A stretch of 64,000 nt of DNA from the NCBI GenBank assembly GCA_038128265.1, contig JAYPJE010000003.1:32001-96000 (forward strand), written 5' to 3'. This document shows positions 39,166-49,716 of the stretch, one piece after another; within the stretch, counting starts at the first letter, position 1; every line of letters begins with the position of its first letter. The translations under genes were made by a program, and so were the position numbers. Source of the DNA: Gemmatimonadota bacterium (GTDB lineage: Bacteria > Latescibacterota > UBA2968 > UBA8231). The notes beneath the pieces are model-generated. The model had not been told where the DNA came from and did not search any database. It saw only the letters and a program-made list of their open reading frames with translations.

Positions 39166-39567
39166 TCAATCGGGCGTCCATACCTGCACGGCGCCGTCGC
39201 TGTCTTCCAATACGAGGTTGTCTCCCTGCCACCGCCAGCGCACTCGGCGCTCGCCTGCCGCGCCGAAGTATGCACCGCGCAGCACCAATTCTTCCTCCTC
39301 TAAAGACCACGTGCCCGGAAAACTGCGCTGGCCGTTGCCTTCCAAGAAAAGCGTCATGGCCAATACACCGTCTGCTTCGAGGCGCATGTGGACGCGAACG
39401 GGTCCCAGCACTTCGTCAACTCCTTCTGTGACCCACGTGCCCAATAGTGCTGCTTCCGGTCCCTCTTCTCCGATCGGCGCCACGCCCTTTTCTTCACCAC
39501 AGCCCCATAGCACAGCGAGCAATAACGGCAATGTCCACGAACGGCCTATCCCGCTATACGCCCTCAC
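39166..39567 (-). CDS. Hypothetical lipoprotein (lipocalin-like beta fold)
   Basis: GTG 39567 with GGAGG RBS; lipobox LWGC; LLGTW and GTW motifs. Confidence 0.65.
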   Translation of the reverse strand: MRAYSGIGRSWTLPLLLAVLWGCGEEKGVAPIGEEGPEAALLGTWVTEGVDEVLGPVRVHMRLEADGVLAMTLFLEGNGQRSFPGTWSLEEEELVLRGAYFGAAGERRVRWRWQGDNLVLEDSDGAVQVWTPD

Positions 39568-39787
39568 CAGTGCCTCCCATGCCCACTGCTTGGGCGCGCA
39601 CGGCCGCCGCGATAACCTCTTCGCGCAGATCGTCTGGAAGCCCATCGAATTCTATTTGGAGCGCGTCATCCGGCAGCGTCGCACGTGCGGCAACCCAGCC
39701 GCTATCCTGCTTTTCCCAGTGCAAAATACTCGATCCCGTGCGCGAATAAAATGCGCTTTCATCGCGGCAATCTCGGTACAGTTTCAT
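39554..39787 (-). CDS. Small hypothetical protein
   Basis: 77-aa ORF with GGAG RBS; overlaps the lipoprotein start. Confidence 0.55.
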   Translation of the reverse strand: MKLYRDCRDESAFYSRTGSSILHWEKQDSGWVAARATLPDDALQIEFDGLPDDLREEVIAAAVRAQAVGMGGTGEGV

Positions 39788-39951
39788 ATGCTCTCCCGCC
39801 TCCTCAATAGACATATTAAACGGCTTGACGGCCTTCCCAAGATAGCCCTGTGCGCGCGGAGAAACAACCGAGCGTCGGTTGCTTTATACCCTCCAGATCG
39901 TACTTTATGGACCGGCGCGCATAACCTGCACTACCTCTATCAGGAGTCGCT

Positions 39952-41619
39952 ATGTCCATCTCCACCACACGGCACGCCGGCCCCCTAAGCGAAGCACTGC
40001 AGCAGGCGTTGGACGACGTCCGGCAGCGCGATATCGTCGCGCGCATTGCCGCGCGCGACCACGCGGTATGGCGGCCCACTGCGGATGAAATTTCCAACCG
40101 CTTAGGCTGGCTCGACTGCCCGCACAACATGGTCGACAGCCTGGGCGAAATCCGCCGCGTCGTGAGCGCGGTGCGCGCCGATGGCCTGCGCCACGTCCTG
40201 CTCTTGGGCATGGGCGGATCGAGCCTCGCTCCAGAAGTATTCCGCCAGGTGCTCGGTGTAGCCGATCGCTACCTCGACCTCGAAGTGCTCGACAGCACGC
40301 ACCCAGAATCTGTATTAGCCAAAGCCAACACCTTAGATCCCAGCCGCACTCTGTACGTTCCAGCCACTAAGTCGGGAGGGACGGTAGAGACTCTTTCGTT
40401 TCTCAAATTTTTCTACAGGCGCGTTGTCCATGCGCTGGGTTCGGAGCAGGCCGGGCGCCACTTTGTCGCCATAACCGACCCGGGGAGTGGACTAGCCGAT
40501 ACGGCGCATGCGCTGGGCTTTCGCCACACTTTTCTCAACGATCCCGATATCGGCGGACGCTATTCGGCGCTATCGCACTTCGGCCTAGTACCAGCCGCCC
40601 TGCTCGGCATCGATTTAGACGACTTCCTCGAACGCGCCCGATTGGCTAGCGAACAAACCCATCCCGCCGTCGAGCTAGGCGCCTTTATGGGCGCAGGGGC
40701 GGCACAGGGACGCGACAAACTGACGCTGATCGCCTCACCGCCCCTTGCACCCGTAGGCGCCTGGGTAGAGCAACTCATAGCCGAGAGCACGGGTAAAGAG
40801 GGCAAGGGTATTGTCCCCATAGAGGGCGAGGTGCTTCTCGAGCCGTCGGCCTACGGCAGCGACCGGCTCTTTGTCTACCTGCGCTGTGACGACGCGCTCG
40901 ACGCTCACGCCGACGCGCTCATAGCCGCAGGCCAGCCTCTGCTGCGCATGGACCTCGACGATCTGCTCGACCTCGGCGCAGCGTTTTACCACTGGGAGTT
41001 GGCCACAGCCATCGCCGGCCATCTGTTAGATATCCATCCTTTCGACCAGCCAGACGTGGAAGCGGCCAAAGTATTGGCTCGAGACATGGTACAAACCTTT
41101 CAACAGCGCGGCGCACTGCCGAGCGAACCGCCCATCGCCGTCGATGGCTCGCTCCGCGCCTTTGGCAGCGAGCCGGCCGCATCGCCCCGAGAAGCCCTCC
41201 ACCACCTGCTGGCACAGAGTCAACCCAACCGCTCCTATATCGCCCTGCAGGCGTACCTGGCTCCCACTGAAGAAGTCGGTGCACTCCTGGCCACCCTGCG
41301 CCGCACCCTGCAAGCCGCCAGCGGTCTGGCCACGACGCTGGGCTTCGGTCCGCGCTTCCTGCATTCAACCGGCCAACTGCACAAGGGCGATGCCGGCCAC
41401 GGACTGTTCTTGCAGCTCACGGCAACCGAGACGGCCGACGCCCCGATTCCCGACGCGGCCGACGGCGATACTTCCAGTCTTGGCTTCGGCGTTTTAATCG
41501 CCGCACAGGCCCAGGGAGATGCCGGCGCACTGCGCAAAACCGGTCGCCGCGTTCTGCGCATCGACTTAGGGCCCGATGCAGCAGCTGGATTGCGCGCCCT
41601 CATCTCTCAATTAGACTGA
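39952..41619 (+). CDS. pgi: Glucose-6-phosphate isomerase (Pgi of the Tal-Pgi type, no transaldolase domain)
   Basis: [57 protein letters not shown]. Confidence 0.88.
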   Translation: MSISTTRHAGPLSEALQQALDDVRQRDIVARIAARDHAVWRPTADEISNRLGWLDCPHNMVDSLGEIRRVVSAVRADGLRHVLLLGMGGSSLAPEVFRQVLGVADRYLDLEVLDSTHPESVLAKANTLDPSRTLYVPATKSGGTVETLSFLKFFYRRVVHALGSEQAGRHFVAITDPGSGLADTAHALGFRHTFLNDPDIGGRYSALSHFGLVPAALLGIDLDDFLERARLASEQTHPAVELGAFMGAGAAQGRDKLTLIASPPLAPVGAWVEQLIAESTGKEGKGIVPIEGEVLLEPSAYGSDRLFVYLRCDDALDAHADALIAAGQPLLRMDLDDLLDLGAAFYHWELATAIAGHLLDIHPFDQPDVEAAKVLARDMVQTFQQRGALPSEPPIAVDGSLRAFGSEPAASPREALHHLLAQSQPNRSYIALQAYLAPTEEVGALLATLRRTLQAASGLATTLGFGPRFLHSTGQLHKGDAGHGLFLQLTATETADAPIPDAADGDTSSLGFGVLIAAQAQGDAGALRKTGRRVLRIDLGPDAAAGLRALISQLD

Positions 41620-41653
41620 ATGCGAACCCCATCCTAACGAAAGCGAACACAGC

Positions 41654-43111
41654 ATGAGCCAAGCAGACATCGGCCTTATTGGACTCGCGGTCATGGGCGA
41701 AAACCTCGTCCTCAACATGGCCAGCCACTCCATTCGCGTGGCCGTATACAACCGGACAACTGCGCGCGTAGACTCCTTTATAGCCGGGCGGGCCCAGGGC
41801 CATCCCATCGTCGGCGCCCACTCTCCCGAAGAACTTGTCGCGCTGCTCAAAAAGCCGCGCCGCATTATGCTAATGGTGCAGGCCGGCTCTGCCGTAGATC
41901 GCGTCATAGAACAGCTGCTTCCCCTGCTCGACCCCGGCGATATACTTATCGACGGCGGCAACTCCAACTATCAGGACACCGTGCGCCGCACTGGTGAGCT
42001 GACGGCAAAGGGAATCCTCTACATTGGCACGGGCGTTTCCGGCGGCGAGGAAGGCGCGCTCAAAGGCCCGAGTATTATGCCCGGCGGCAACCCGCAAGCG
42101 TGGCCCCACGTCAGAGATATTTTTCAGGCAATCGCCGCTAAAGTCGAAGACGGCAGCCCCTGCTGCGAATGGGTAGGCGACGACGGGGCCGGCCACTACG
42201 TAAAGATGATCCACAACGGCATCGAGTACGGCGATATGCAGATGATTTGCGAGGCATACGACGTCATGCGCCAGGTGTTGGGCATGCAGCCAGCAGAGAT
42301 GGCCAGCGTCTTTGCCGAGTGGAATCGGGGCGAACTCGACAGCTACCTTATTGAAATCACAGCCGAGATTCTCGCCAAGACCGATGACGAAAACGGCCAG
42401 CCCATGATCGACCTCATACTCGATGCGGCCGGCCAAAAGGGCACGGGCAAATGGACTGGTATCGACGCGCTGCAGCTAGGCGCCGTAGCAACCGCGATCA
42501 CCGAGGCCGTGTATGCGCGCAGCCTATCGGCCCTTAAAGAAGAGCGCGTGGCCGCATCGGCGGTCTTGCAGGGTCCGCCGCCAGCGCCCTTCAGCGGCGA
42601 TCGCAGCGCTTTTATAGAGGACGTGCGCCGCGCCCTCTATGCTTCGAAAATCTGCTCTTACGCGCAGGGGTTTCAGCTGCTGCGCATGGCAGCAGAAGAA
42701 TACGATTGGCAGCTCAACTTTGGCAGCATCGCGCTGATGTGGCGCGGCGGATGCATTATTCGCGCTCAATTTCTCGGACGCATCAAAGAGGCCTTTGACG
42801 CCGATCCGCAGCTGGCCAATTTACTGCTCGCGCCCTACTTCCAGCAGGCCATCGCTCAATCGCAGGCGTCGTGGCGCCGCGTCGTGGCGAAGGCCGTCGA
42901 ATGCGGCGTGCCAGTGCCGGCCTTTAGCAGCGCGCTGGCCTATTTTGACGGCTATCGCTCGGCCCAGCTGCCCGCTAATCTGCTCCAGGCCCAGCGCGAC
43001 TACTTCGGCGCCCACACCTATGAGCGCGTAGACAAGCCGCGCGGTGAGTTTTTTCACACCAACTGGACGGGGCGCGGCGGCGATACCGCTTCAACAGCCT
43101 ATAACGCATGA
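41654..43111 (+). CDS. gnd: 6-phosphogluconate dehydrogenase, decarboxylating
   Basis: [42 protein letters not shown]. Confidence 0.98.
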   Translation: MSQADIGLIGLAVMGENLVLNMASHSIRVAVYNRTTARVDSFIAGRAQGHPIVGAHSPEELVALLKKPRRIMLMVQAGSAVDRVIEQLLPLLDPGDILIDGGNSNYQDTVRRTGELTAKGILYIGTGVSGGEEGALKGPSIMPGGNPQAWPHVRDIFQAIAAKVEDGSPCCEWVGDDGAGHYVKMIHNGIEYGDMQMICEAYDVMRQVLGMQPAEMASVFAEWNRGELDSYLIEITAEILAKTDDENGQPMIDLILDAAGQKGTGKWTGIDALQLGAVATAITEAVYARSLSALKEERVAASAVLQGPPPAPFSGDRSAFIEDVRRALYASKICSYAQGFQLLRMAAEEYDWQLNFGSIALMWRGGCIIRAQFLGRIKEAFDADPQLANLLLAPYFQQAIAQSQASWRRVVAKAVECGVPVPAFSSALAYFDGYRSAQLPANLLQAQRDYFGAHTYERVDKPRGEFFHTNWTGRGGDTASTAYNA

Positions 43112-43156
43112 TGTAGTTAGCCTACTGGCCGCTTTAGCGCACGACTCGAGCATCTG

Positions 43157-44572
43157 CTAGAGGGGCCAGTGCACGCCGCGCTGCCCCGACAGATCCTTTG
43201 CATAGAGCGGCGCCGTCTTTTCGGCCGGCATGCCGACGAGCGCTCCGTCTGCCACCCATGCGCGATCTTCGCCGCGCAGCTGCTCTGCGAGTAGCCCCTC
43301 CATATGACGGCGGCGATCGCCGTGTTCGTCCTTTGCCGACAGGTCGACCAACTCCTCTGGATCTTCCTCCAGGTCAAATAGCTGCACCGAGTTGCCCATT
43401 GGATAGTAGATAAGCTTAAATCGGCCAGCGTGCAGCATGCGCGTGGCGCGCGCACCCCGTCCGACCTCTCCGTATAAATAGTCGCGGCGCGTTCCCGACA
43501 GCATACAGCGTCCCTGCACGCTGTCGGGAACCGATAGGCCGGCTAGGTGCAGCAAGGTTGGCAACACGTCCTGCCAACCGACGAGCCGATCGTCAACGCA
43601 GTCGCTCCCTACTTCTTCGCCCGCGCCTGCGCCGACTAAAAGCATCGGAATCCGAGCAGACTCTTCGTAGTAGAGTCTCTTTGCCCACAGCCCGTGCTTG
43701 CCCAGCATATCCCCGTGATCCGATGTAAAGAGCAAAATCGTGTCATCGAGGACTCCCTGCTCGCGCAGCGTGCCAATAATCACCCGTAGCTGATGGTCGA
43801 TATGGGTACTCAACGCATAGAACGCGCGGCGGGCGGCGCGAACGGCATAGTCACTAAAGCCCTCGCCCAAGTGCCGGCGGGCACGCAGCGCCAGCGGCAC
43901 GCACTCCGGATCTTCTGCCCACTCCCCCACGCTCGGCGTAGGCACCGGCAGTTCTCGATACATATTCCAGTAGAAATCGAGCGGAACAAGCGGCGGATGA
44001 GGGTGAGTATAGGAGGCGTACCACAGCGACGGGCGCGTAGGATCGCGGCGTTGAATGGTGCGCACGATCTGCCGCGTTATCCAGTTTGTCACGTGCGTTT
44101 CCTCTGGAAGATGCCAGGTGCGGTGGACGTATTCATTGTTGCCCATTCCGTGCAAAAACTGTGCGCCGGCATATCCTCTCTCGGCCAAATAGGCTTCGTA
44201 GTCGTCGACTACGCCCCGCTTAACGCGGCCCTCCTCACATAAGATGACGTCGTCAAAACCCAGGCGACTGCGCTGCGGCGAGGTGTGCAATTTGCCCACG
44301 GCATAGCTCTGGTAACCGCCTGCGCGAAACGCGTCTGCCAGCAGCGTCGCATCACATTGATCGGGAACGGCCGTAGGTGCCCTGCCCGTCATCAGCGCTC
44401 GGCGCGCCGGCACGCAGAGCGGCGCTTCGCTATAGGCGCGCACAAAGCGCCGGCCACTGCGCGCTAGCGCATCGAGCGTCGGCGTTTGCACGCACGGATG
44501 GCCCTCAACGCCGAGCATATGCCCCGGCCAATGATCGGTGGTAATAAGCAAGATATTCGGTTTTTGTCGCAC
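43157..44572 (-). CDS. Cys-type formylglycine-dependent sulfatase
   Basis: KPNILLITTD, CVPARRALMTG, VGKLH, HPHPP, TSDHGDMLG. Confidence 0.9.
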   Translation of the reverse strand: MRQKPNILLITTDHWPGHMLGVEGHPCVQTPTLDALARSGRRFVRAYSEAPLCVPARRALMTGRAPTAVPDQCDATLLADAFRAGGYQSYAVGKLHTSPQRSRLGFDDVILCEEGRVKRGVVDDYEAYLAERGYAGAQFLHGMGNNEYVHRTWHLPEETHVTNWITRQIVRTIQRRDPTRPSLWYASYTHPHPPLVPLDFYWNMYRELPVPTPSVGEWAEDPECVPLALRARRHLGEGFSDYAVRAARRAFYALSTHIDHQLRVIIGTLREQGVLDDTILLFTSDHGDMLGKHGLWAKRLYYEESARIPMLLVGAGAGEEVGSDCVDDRLVGWQDVLPTLLHLAGLSVPDSVQGRCMLSGTRRDYLYGEVGRGARATRMLHAGRFKLIYYPMGNSVQLFDLEEDPEELVDLSAKDEHGDRRRHMEGLLAEQLRGEDRAWVADGALVGMPAEKTAPLYAKDLSGQRGVHWPL

Positions 44573-44578
44573 GTTTCC

Positions 44579-45472
44579 TCAGACTTTCTTACCTGCAAGC
44601 TGTTGCTGTATCAGCTCAATAAATGCCGCGGCAGCCGCTGAGCGCCTGCGGTGACGGCGCTCTATTATTCCGACTTGGCCTGTGCTCAATCCATCGACCT
44701 GGACGGCACGCAGCGATCCCCGTTCTACCTCAGCTTCCACGGCCACCTGCGGGACGATCGCCACACCAAGGCCAATCTCGACAAAGCGCTTGAGGACTTC
44801 AATGCTGCCCAACTCCATGGCGATCTGCGGATGCAACTCGCGCGCGGAGAGGGCATCATCGAGCAGCTGACGGCTCGTACTGCCGCGCTGCAGGACAAGT
44901 ATAGGGTGCTCTATAAGCGCATCAAGGCGAACGCGCTTGCGCACACCCAATGGATGGTCCGGTCGACAAACCAACACTTCTTTGCGCTGAAAGAGCACGT
45001 CCTCGCACACATCGCGATGGCGCACAGGGAGCGTAACTAGGCCAATGTCAATTTCGTCGGCTGCAACCAAGCTAGCAATATCGAGCGACATGCGATTGCG
45101 AATATCCAACTCGACGCCCGGATGGCGCTGGCGATACTCTTCGAGCACGCGGGGCAATATGTAGGTGCAGTTGGTGTCACTCGTTCCGATCACCAAACGC
45201 CCGCGCAGCGCCTCGCGCAGCGCGGCTATTTCGCTGCGCGCGTCATCGAGGTGAACAAAAATTTGCCGCACGTGGTCGTAAAGCACTTCGCCAGCTGCCG
45301 TCAGGGAAATTTCCCGCCGCTTGCGGTTGAATAGCACTTCGCCCAATTCTCCTTCAAGCGCCTTTATCTGCAAGCTAATGGCCGGCTGTGTGAGATATAA
45401 TTTATCGGCGGCGCGCGTAAAGCTCCGCTCTCGAGCAATCTCGTAAAAACCGCGCAGCTGATACAGATCCAT
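44579..45472 (-). CDS. LysR-family transcriptional regulator
   Basis: SFTRAADKLYLTQPAISLQIKALE; substrate-binding domain. Start trimmed to ATG 45472 (GAGG RBS). Confidence 0.95.
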   Translation of the reverse strand: MDLYQLRGFYEIARERSFTRAADKLYLTQPAISLQIKALEGELGEVLFNRKRREISLTAAGEVLYDHVRQIFVHLDDARSEIAALREALRGRLVIGTSDTNCTYILPRVLEEYRQRHPGVELDIRNRMSLDIASLVAADEIDIGLVTLPVRHRDVCEDVLFQRKEVLVCRPDHPLGVRKRVRLDALIEHPILVLQRGSTSRQLLDDALSARELHPQIAMELGSIEVLKRFVEIGLGVAIVPQVAVEAEVERGSLRAVQVDGLSTGQVGIIERRHRRRSAAAAAFIELIQQQLAGKKV

Positions 45473-45625
45473 AAGGGCCACCTCATTTATACGATTTATA
45501 ATAATGCTAACTATAATAAATCCCACTTATAAGAAAAACCATCGATCAAGACGCGTGCAGCCCATAAGGCCCCCTTCGCACAATCAATTGCCTATATTTT
45601 CCAGTGGCGCTTCAAAGGAGATCGT

Positions 45626-46009
45626 ATGATCAATCTATTGCTCGTCGGCTGCGGCGGTTTTGTCGGCTCTGTTTTACGCTATCTCGTTGGCCATGCCGTG
45701 CACGCACTGCTGCGCCACACAGCCTTTCCCTACGGCACGCTAACGGCCAACGTGCTGGGCTGTTTTTTTATTGGATTACTCAGCGGAATGGCGAGTCAGC
45801 ATAGTCTGCTTTCTGCACAAACTCGGCTCTTTTTATTTACCGGCGTCTTGGGAGGTTTTACTACATTTTCAACGTTTAGCTTTGATACATTTAATATGCT
45901 GAATGCGGGCGACCCGCAAACCGTCCCATGGGCGATACTACACATTTTCGCCCATGTTTTATTGGGTTTATTTGCCGTATATATAGGCCATTACCTATCG
46001 CAAATCTAG
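45626..46009 (+). CDS. crcB: Fluoride efflux channel Fluc
   Basis: GGFVGSVLRY, FPYGTLTAN, GVLGGFTTFSTF. Confidence 0.95.
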   Translation: MINLLLVGCGGFVGSVLRYLVGHAVHALLRHTAFPYGTLTANVLGCFFIGLLSGMASQHSLLSAQTRLFLFTGVLGGFTTFSTFSFDTFNMLNAGDPQTVPWAILHIFAHVLLGLFAVYIGHYLSQI

Positions 46010-46169
46010 CGCTCTGTACACATTCTAAGGTACTATTTAGTGCATTCTTTTTTTTGACTTACTCAACCTATATGCTTTTTATCTGAGTATTAACTTTTAA
46101 GGCGTGCGGCATTCCCTTTCGGCTATTGTGCGAATGTGTCGCACCTGCGATCGGAAAGGAACGCTCTGT

Positions 46170-46613
46170 ATGCCCAATATTGCAAACTTGTTGAAGGAAG
46201 AAATTAGCCGTCTGGCCCGCAAAGAAATTCGCTCGGCCTGCACTCCTCTCCAGCAGCAGCTGCGCGAGCTGCGCAAGACCGTGCGCCAGCAGCGCGAGAC
46301 GATTGATAGCCTGCAGCAGCGCGTCAACCAGCTGCAGGCGCTTTCATCTTCGCCAACGGAAAAGATTCTCGAAGCCTCGGCCATTGACGATGACAAGCAA
46401 ATACGTCTGTCTGGCAGCTCCATTAAAAAACATCGCCAGCGCCTCGGACTGTCTCAGGGAGAGCTCGGCCAGTTGCTCAACGTAAGCACCAATACGATCG
46501 TGCGCTGGGAGCAGGGCACCTCAAAGCCGCGTGCCGCTTACCGAACGGGCTTGGCCCAGATTCGCACCATGGGCGTGCGCGAAGTAAAAAAGCTGCTGGC
46601 GGCCATGGAATAG
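46170..46613 (+). CDS. Coiled-coil plus XRE-type HTH DNA-binding protein
   Basis: MPNIANLLKEEISRLARKE coiled coil; RQRLGLSQGELGQLLNVSTNTIVRWEQG HTH. Confidence 0.85.
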   Translation: MPNIANLLKEEISRLARKEIRSACTPLQQQLRELRKTVRQQRETIDSLQQRVNQLQALSSSPTEKILEASAIDDDKQIRLSGSSIKKHRQRLGLSQGELGQLLNVSTNTIVRWEQGTSKPRAAYRTGLAQIRTMGVREVKKLLAAME

Positions 46614-46634
46614 CGCCGTTCCCACAGCCTCACT

Positions 46635-46667
46635 AAAAAAACCGCTTCCCTAAGAGGCGGTTTTTTT
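46635..46667. terminator. Bidirectional rho-independent terminator
   Basis: A7-CCGCTTC-loop-GAGGCGG-T7 between convergent genes. Confidence 0.85.
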
Positions 46668-47487
46668 ATTTCCACTGCTCCATATAAGCAGCCATGTGCT
46701 CGGCGAGATCGACGTTGTCGTGCTTTAGTGCTCCCCGGTGCACAATGCGCGCCTTGCGCAGCAGCATGCCACGGGCGGCCGTCCGTTTTTCCGAATCTAG
46801 TTCTTGCGCGGTGTGCAGCAGTTTGTCTAGTGCATAGACGCGGAAGCGATCCATCGCATAATGCGCCTGCGATAGCTGGTCAGCGTGCCCGCCGTACTTG
46901 ACAATCAACTTTTCCGGCACGTAGCACACCGACCATTGAGCGGCAATGCGCAGCCACAGCTCATAGTCTTCACAGGCCGGAAGCGCCTCGTCGAACAGGC
47001 CCACTTCGTCAAATACGTCGCGGTGGATTACAATAGACGAGGGCGACATCACACACAGCGGCAGCGCGCGAAGAAAAATATCCCCACCGTATTTCTGATG
47101 GTGCTTATGCGGGTTTACGCGCACGCCGTTGCGGATCCAAATCTCATCCGTATGGCACACGGGCAATCCGCTTTCGGCTAGCGCACGACGCTGCTTGAGC
47201 AATTTGTCGGCAAGCCATTCGTCATCGGAATCGAGAAAGGCCAGCCACTCGCCGCGCGCCGCTTCGATGCCGCGGTTGCGCGCCGCTGACACGCCGCTAT
47301 TCTGTGCAAGCTCGATGACGCGCACCCCGTCGCCAAAAGCCTCTTTCACAACGCCTACCGTATCGTCTTCAGACGCATCGTCAACGACGATCACCTCGTA
47401 ATCGTCGACGTCCTGCGCCAGAACCGAGCGAACGGCGCGTCCGATCCACTGGGCTCGATTGAATACGGGAATAATTACCGAGTACAC
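46666..47487 (-). CDS. Glycosyltransferase family 2
   Basis: SVIIPVFNR, VVDDAS, GVSAARN, FLDSDD, CEDYELWLR. Start trimmed to GTG 47487. Confidence 0.92.
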   Translation of the reverse strand: MYSVIIPVFNRAQWIGRAVRSVLAQDVDDYEVIVVDDASEDDTVGVVKEAFGDGVRVIELAQNSGVSAARNRGIEAARGEWLAFLDSDDEWLADKLLKQRRALAESGLPVCHTDEIWIRNGVRVNPHKHHQKYGGDIFLRALPLCVMSPSSIVIHRDVFDEVGLFDEALPACEDYELWLRIAAQWSVCYVPEKLIVKYGGHADQLSQAHYAMDRFRVYALDKLLHTAQELDSEKRTAARGMLLRKARIVHRGALKHDNVDLAEHMAAYMEQWK

Positions 47488-47494
47488 AGCATAT

Positions 47495-49708
47495 TCACGG
47501 CGCTTTGCGCTGCGCTTTTGCGCGGACCAGCGCATCCGCAACAATTTCTTTGGTTATCAGTTCGGGTAAGAGGATTGGCTCGTCGAGATTTCCGCCGGGA
47601 AATAGCACGTACAGCGGCACACCGGAGCGCCCAAACGCACTCAACAGCTGCGTAATTTCCGGGTTGCGCCGGGTCCAATCAGCCTTGATCATAGCGACAT
47701 CGTCGGCTTTAAAGCGCGCCTGTACGTCGTCCTGCATCAGCACGGCGCGCTCGTTCACCTTGCAAGTCCAACACCACTCAGCGGTAAAGTCGATGAAAAC
47801 GGTCTGCCCTGAACCCACCCGCCGCTCCACTTCCGCAGGGGAAAAATCGATCCAATCAATGGAAGACGAGGTCTCTGGCAGCGCGCGCGTCGCATCTACG
47901 CGCTTCAGCAGTGGATGCAAAAATGCACCGTACGCCACCAATACAATGGCCAGTGCAATGGCCCACACCGCACGCCGCCGGCGCGCACGGTCTTCCAAGC
48001 GCACCCACTGTCCGACGACCCAGCAAGCCAAGGCAATTCCGAGCAGAAAGGCCCCCGTCCAAACAACGCCTTCAGCACCTACCTGCTTGCCCAGCACCCA
48101 CAGCAGCCACAGCACCGTCGCCATGAGCGGAAAACCCATAGCCTGTTTAAAGCGCTCCATCCACGCGCCGGGGCGCGGCAGGAAACGCGTCCAAGAAGGT
48201 ACGGCAGCAAGCACGGCATAGGGCAGCGCCATGCCAACGCCGCAGCCCAAAAAAATGGTCAACGTCGTACCTGCAGGTTGGGCGAAGGCAAACCCCACCG
48301 CCGTGCCCAAGAGCGGAGCCGTGCACGGCGTGGCCAACACCGTAGCGAGCACGCCGTTGAAAAACGATGCCGCTGGCCCTTCGCCTTCATCGAATCCGCC
48401 TGCGCTCACCGGCAGCGAGATAGAATAGACGCCAAATAGGCTCAAACCCAGCGCAAAAATCAGCGCGGCCATAGCTGCGACAAAACCGGGATATTGGAAC
48501 TGGAAGCCCCAGCCGATCTGTTCACCTCCCCCCTTTAACCCGATCACAACAAGCGCCAGCGCCATAAACGAAGCGACAATGCCGAATGCGAACGCCAAAC
48601 CCAACAGGCGCACGCGCTGCTGCCGCTGACCGGCCTGACCAACGATGGACAGCACTTTGAGTGAGATAACGGGTAGCACGCAGGGCATGAGGTTGAGCAA
48701 GAACCCTCCACCTAGTGCCATGAGCAGATAGACCCACAGGGACGTCTTATCGCCGGCAGACGACGTGCGGAAGCGGCGATCGAGCAACCCGCCCTCAGCG
48801 TCTTCGACAAATTGACTCAAGTCGAGCGCCAGGCGCCCCGAACGGCGGCCTTCACCCTCCAGGGCATAGACCAATACGCCGCCGAGCTCCAGAATGGGCG
48901 CGTCGCCATAGGGCTCTATGACGAGTTCGAGCCGACCCTCGCCAAGAGAGCGACTGCGAAACGCGACATCTTCGGCATCCAGCGGATAAAAGTCGAGGTA
49001 ATCGGGGCGCAGCGGCTCAGCGCTCTGCACGCTCAGTTCTACTCTTCGCTCCATCCCGCGACCGCGCACTCCGTAGCGCACGTCAATAGATGGCGATAGC
49101 ACCGGTGGGACCTCGGCGGCATAGCGTTCGAAAATCGCGCTATGCTTGGCCTGGCCACGCCCTATCGGCAGGTCGATTTCGACACGCGCATCGCCCGGAA
49201 TGCACAGCTCGCGACAAACCAGCCAAGATACGTCGGCCGCAACGCGCAGCGTGTCACCCTGCACTGCGCTCTGCGGTGCCTGCACATCGCTGATCAGCAG
49301 CACCTCGTCGCCATAGCCGTAAACGACCAGGTCGCCCTCTTCTGTATACTTCTTTGGCAGCGGCCACTGCAACGGCCCAGCACGCCATCCCTCGGGCAGG
49401 TCCCATTCCACCTGCGTGGGCATACCGGCATCGCCGCTAAATGCCCAATAGGTGTGCCAACCCTCCTGCATCCGCAGGGCAACGCCTAGGCGCAGCGCTT
49501 CTCCAGGCAGCACGGCACTCGCGTCGGCCAGCAGACGTGCCTCAACGGGATGTTCGCTCTCTGCGCCAACTTTTGTCACGCAGCACAGTGCGGCGAGCAG
49601 GCCTATACACCCTATGCGCTTCACGGAGCGGGCCGTTTCCCTAAGGCGCAGTGCGGTAGCTGGGCGGCAACCGGCCCTTCTGAACTCCTCTGTGCAGCGA
49701 TAGTCCAT
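47495..49708 (-). CDS. dsbD: Thiol:disulfide interchange protein, DsbD/ScsB family
   Basis: GWHTYW and CRELC in the N-domain; NLMPCVLP and ATPCTAP in the TM domain; WCWTC thioredoxin motif. Confidence 0.88.
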   Translation of the reverse strand: MDYRCTEEFRRAGCRPATALRLRETARSVKRIGCIGLLAALCCVTKVGAESEHPVEARLLADASAVLPGEALRLGVALRMQEGWHTYWAFSGDAGMPTQVEWDLPEGWRAGPLQWPLPKKYTEEGDLVVYGYGDEVLLISDVQAPQSAVQGDTLRVAADVSWLVCRELCIPGDARVEIDLPIGRGQAKHSAIFERYAAEVPPVLSPSIDVRYGVRGRGMERRVELSVQSAEPLRPDYLDFYPLDAEDVAFRSRSLGEGRLELVIEPYGDAPILELGGVLVYALEGEGRRSGRLALDLSQFVEDAEGGLLDRRFRTSSAGDKTSLWVYLLMALGGGFLLNLMPCVLPVISLKVLSIVGQAGQRQQRVRLLGLAFAFGIVASFMALALVVIGLKGGGEQIGWGFQFQYPGFVAAMAALIFALGLSLFGVYSISLPVSAGGFDEGEGPAASFFNGVLATVLATPCTAPLLGTAVGFAFAQPAGTTLTIFLGCGVGMALPYAVLAAVPSWTRFLPRPGAWMERFKQAMGFPLMATVLWLLWVLGKQVGAEGVVWTGAFLLGIALACWVVGQWVRLEDRARRRRAVWAIALAIVLVAYGAFLHPLLKRVDATRALPETSSSIDWIDFSPAEVERRVGSGQTVFIDFTAEWCWTCKVNERAVLMQDDVQARFKADDVAMIKADWTRRNPEITQLLSAFGRSGVPLYVLFPGGNLDEPILLPELITKEIVADALVRAKAQRKAP

Positions 49709-49716
49709 TTCCCTTT

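Noticed and set aside
39952..41619. Truncated transaldolase-Pgi fusion (pseudogene)
   Set aside because: Good RBS, intact frame and motifs, and no tal remnant upstream; treated as a stand-alone Pgi.
45530..45625. Fluoride riboswitch upstream of crcB
   Set aside because: The conserved GAUGG-containing core and pseudoknot are not present.
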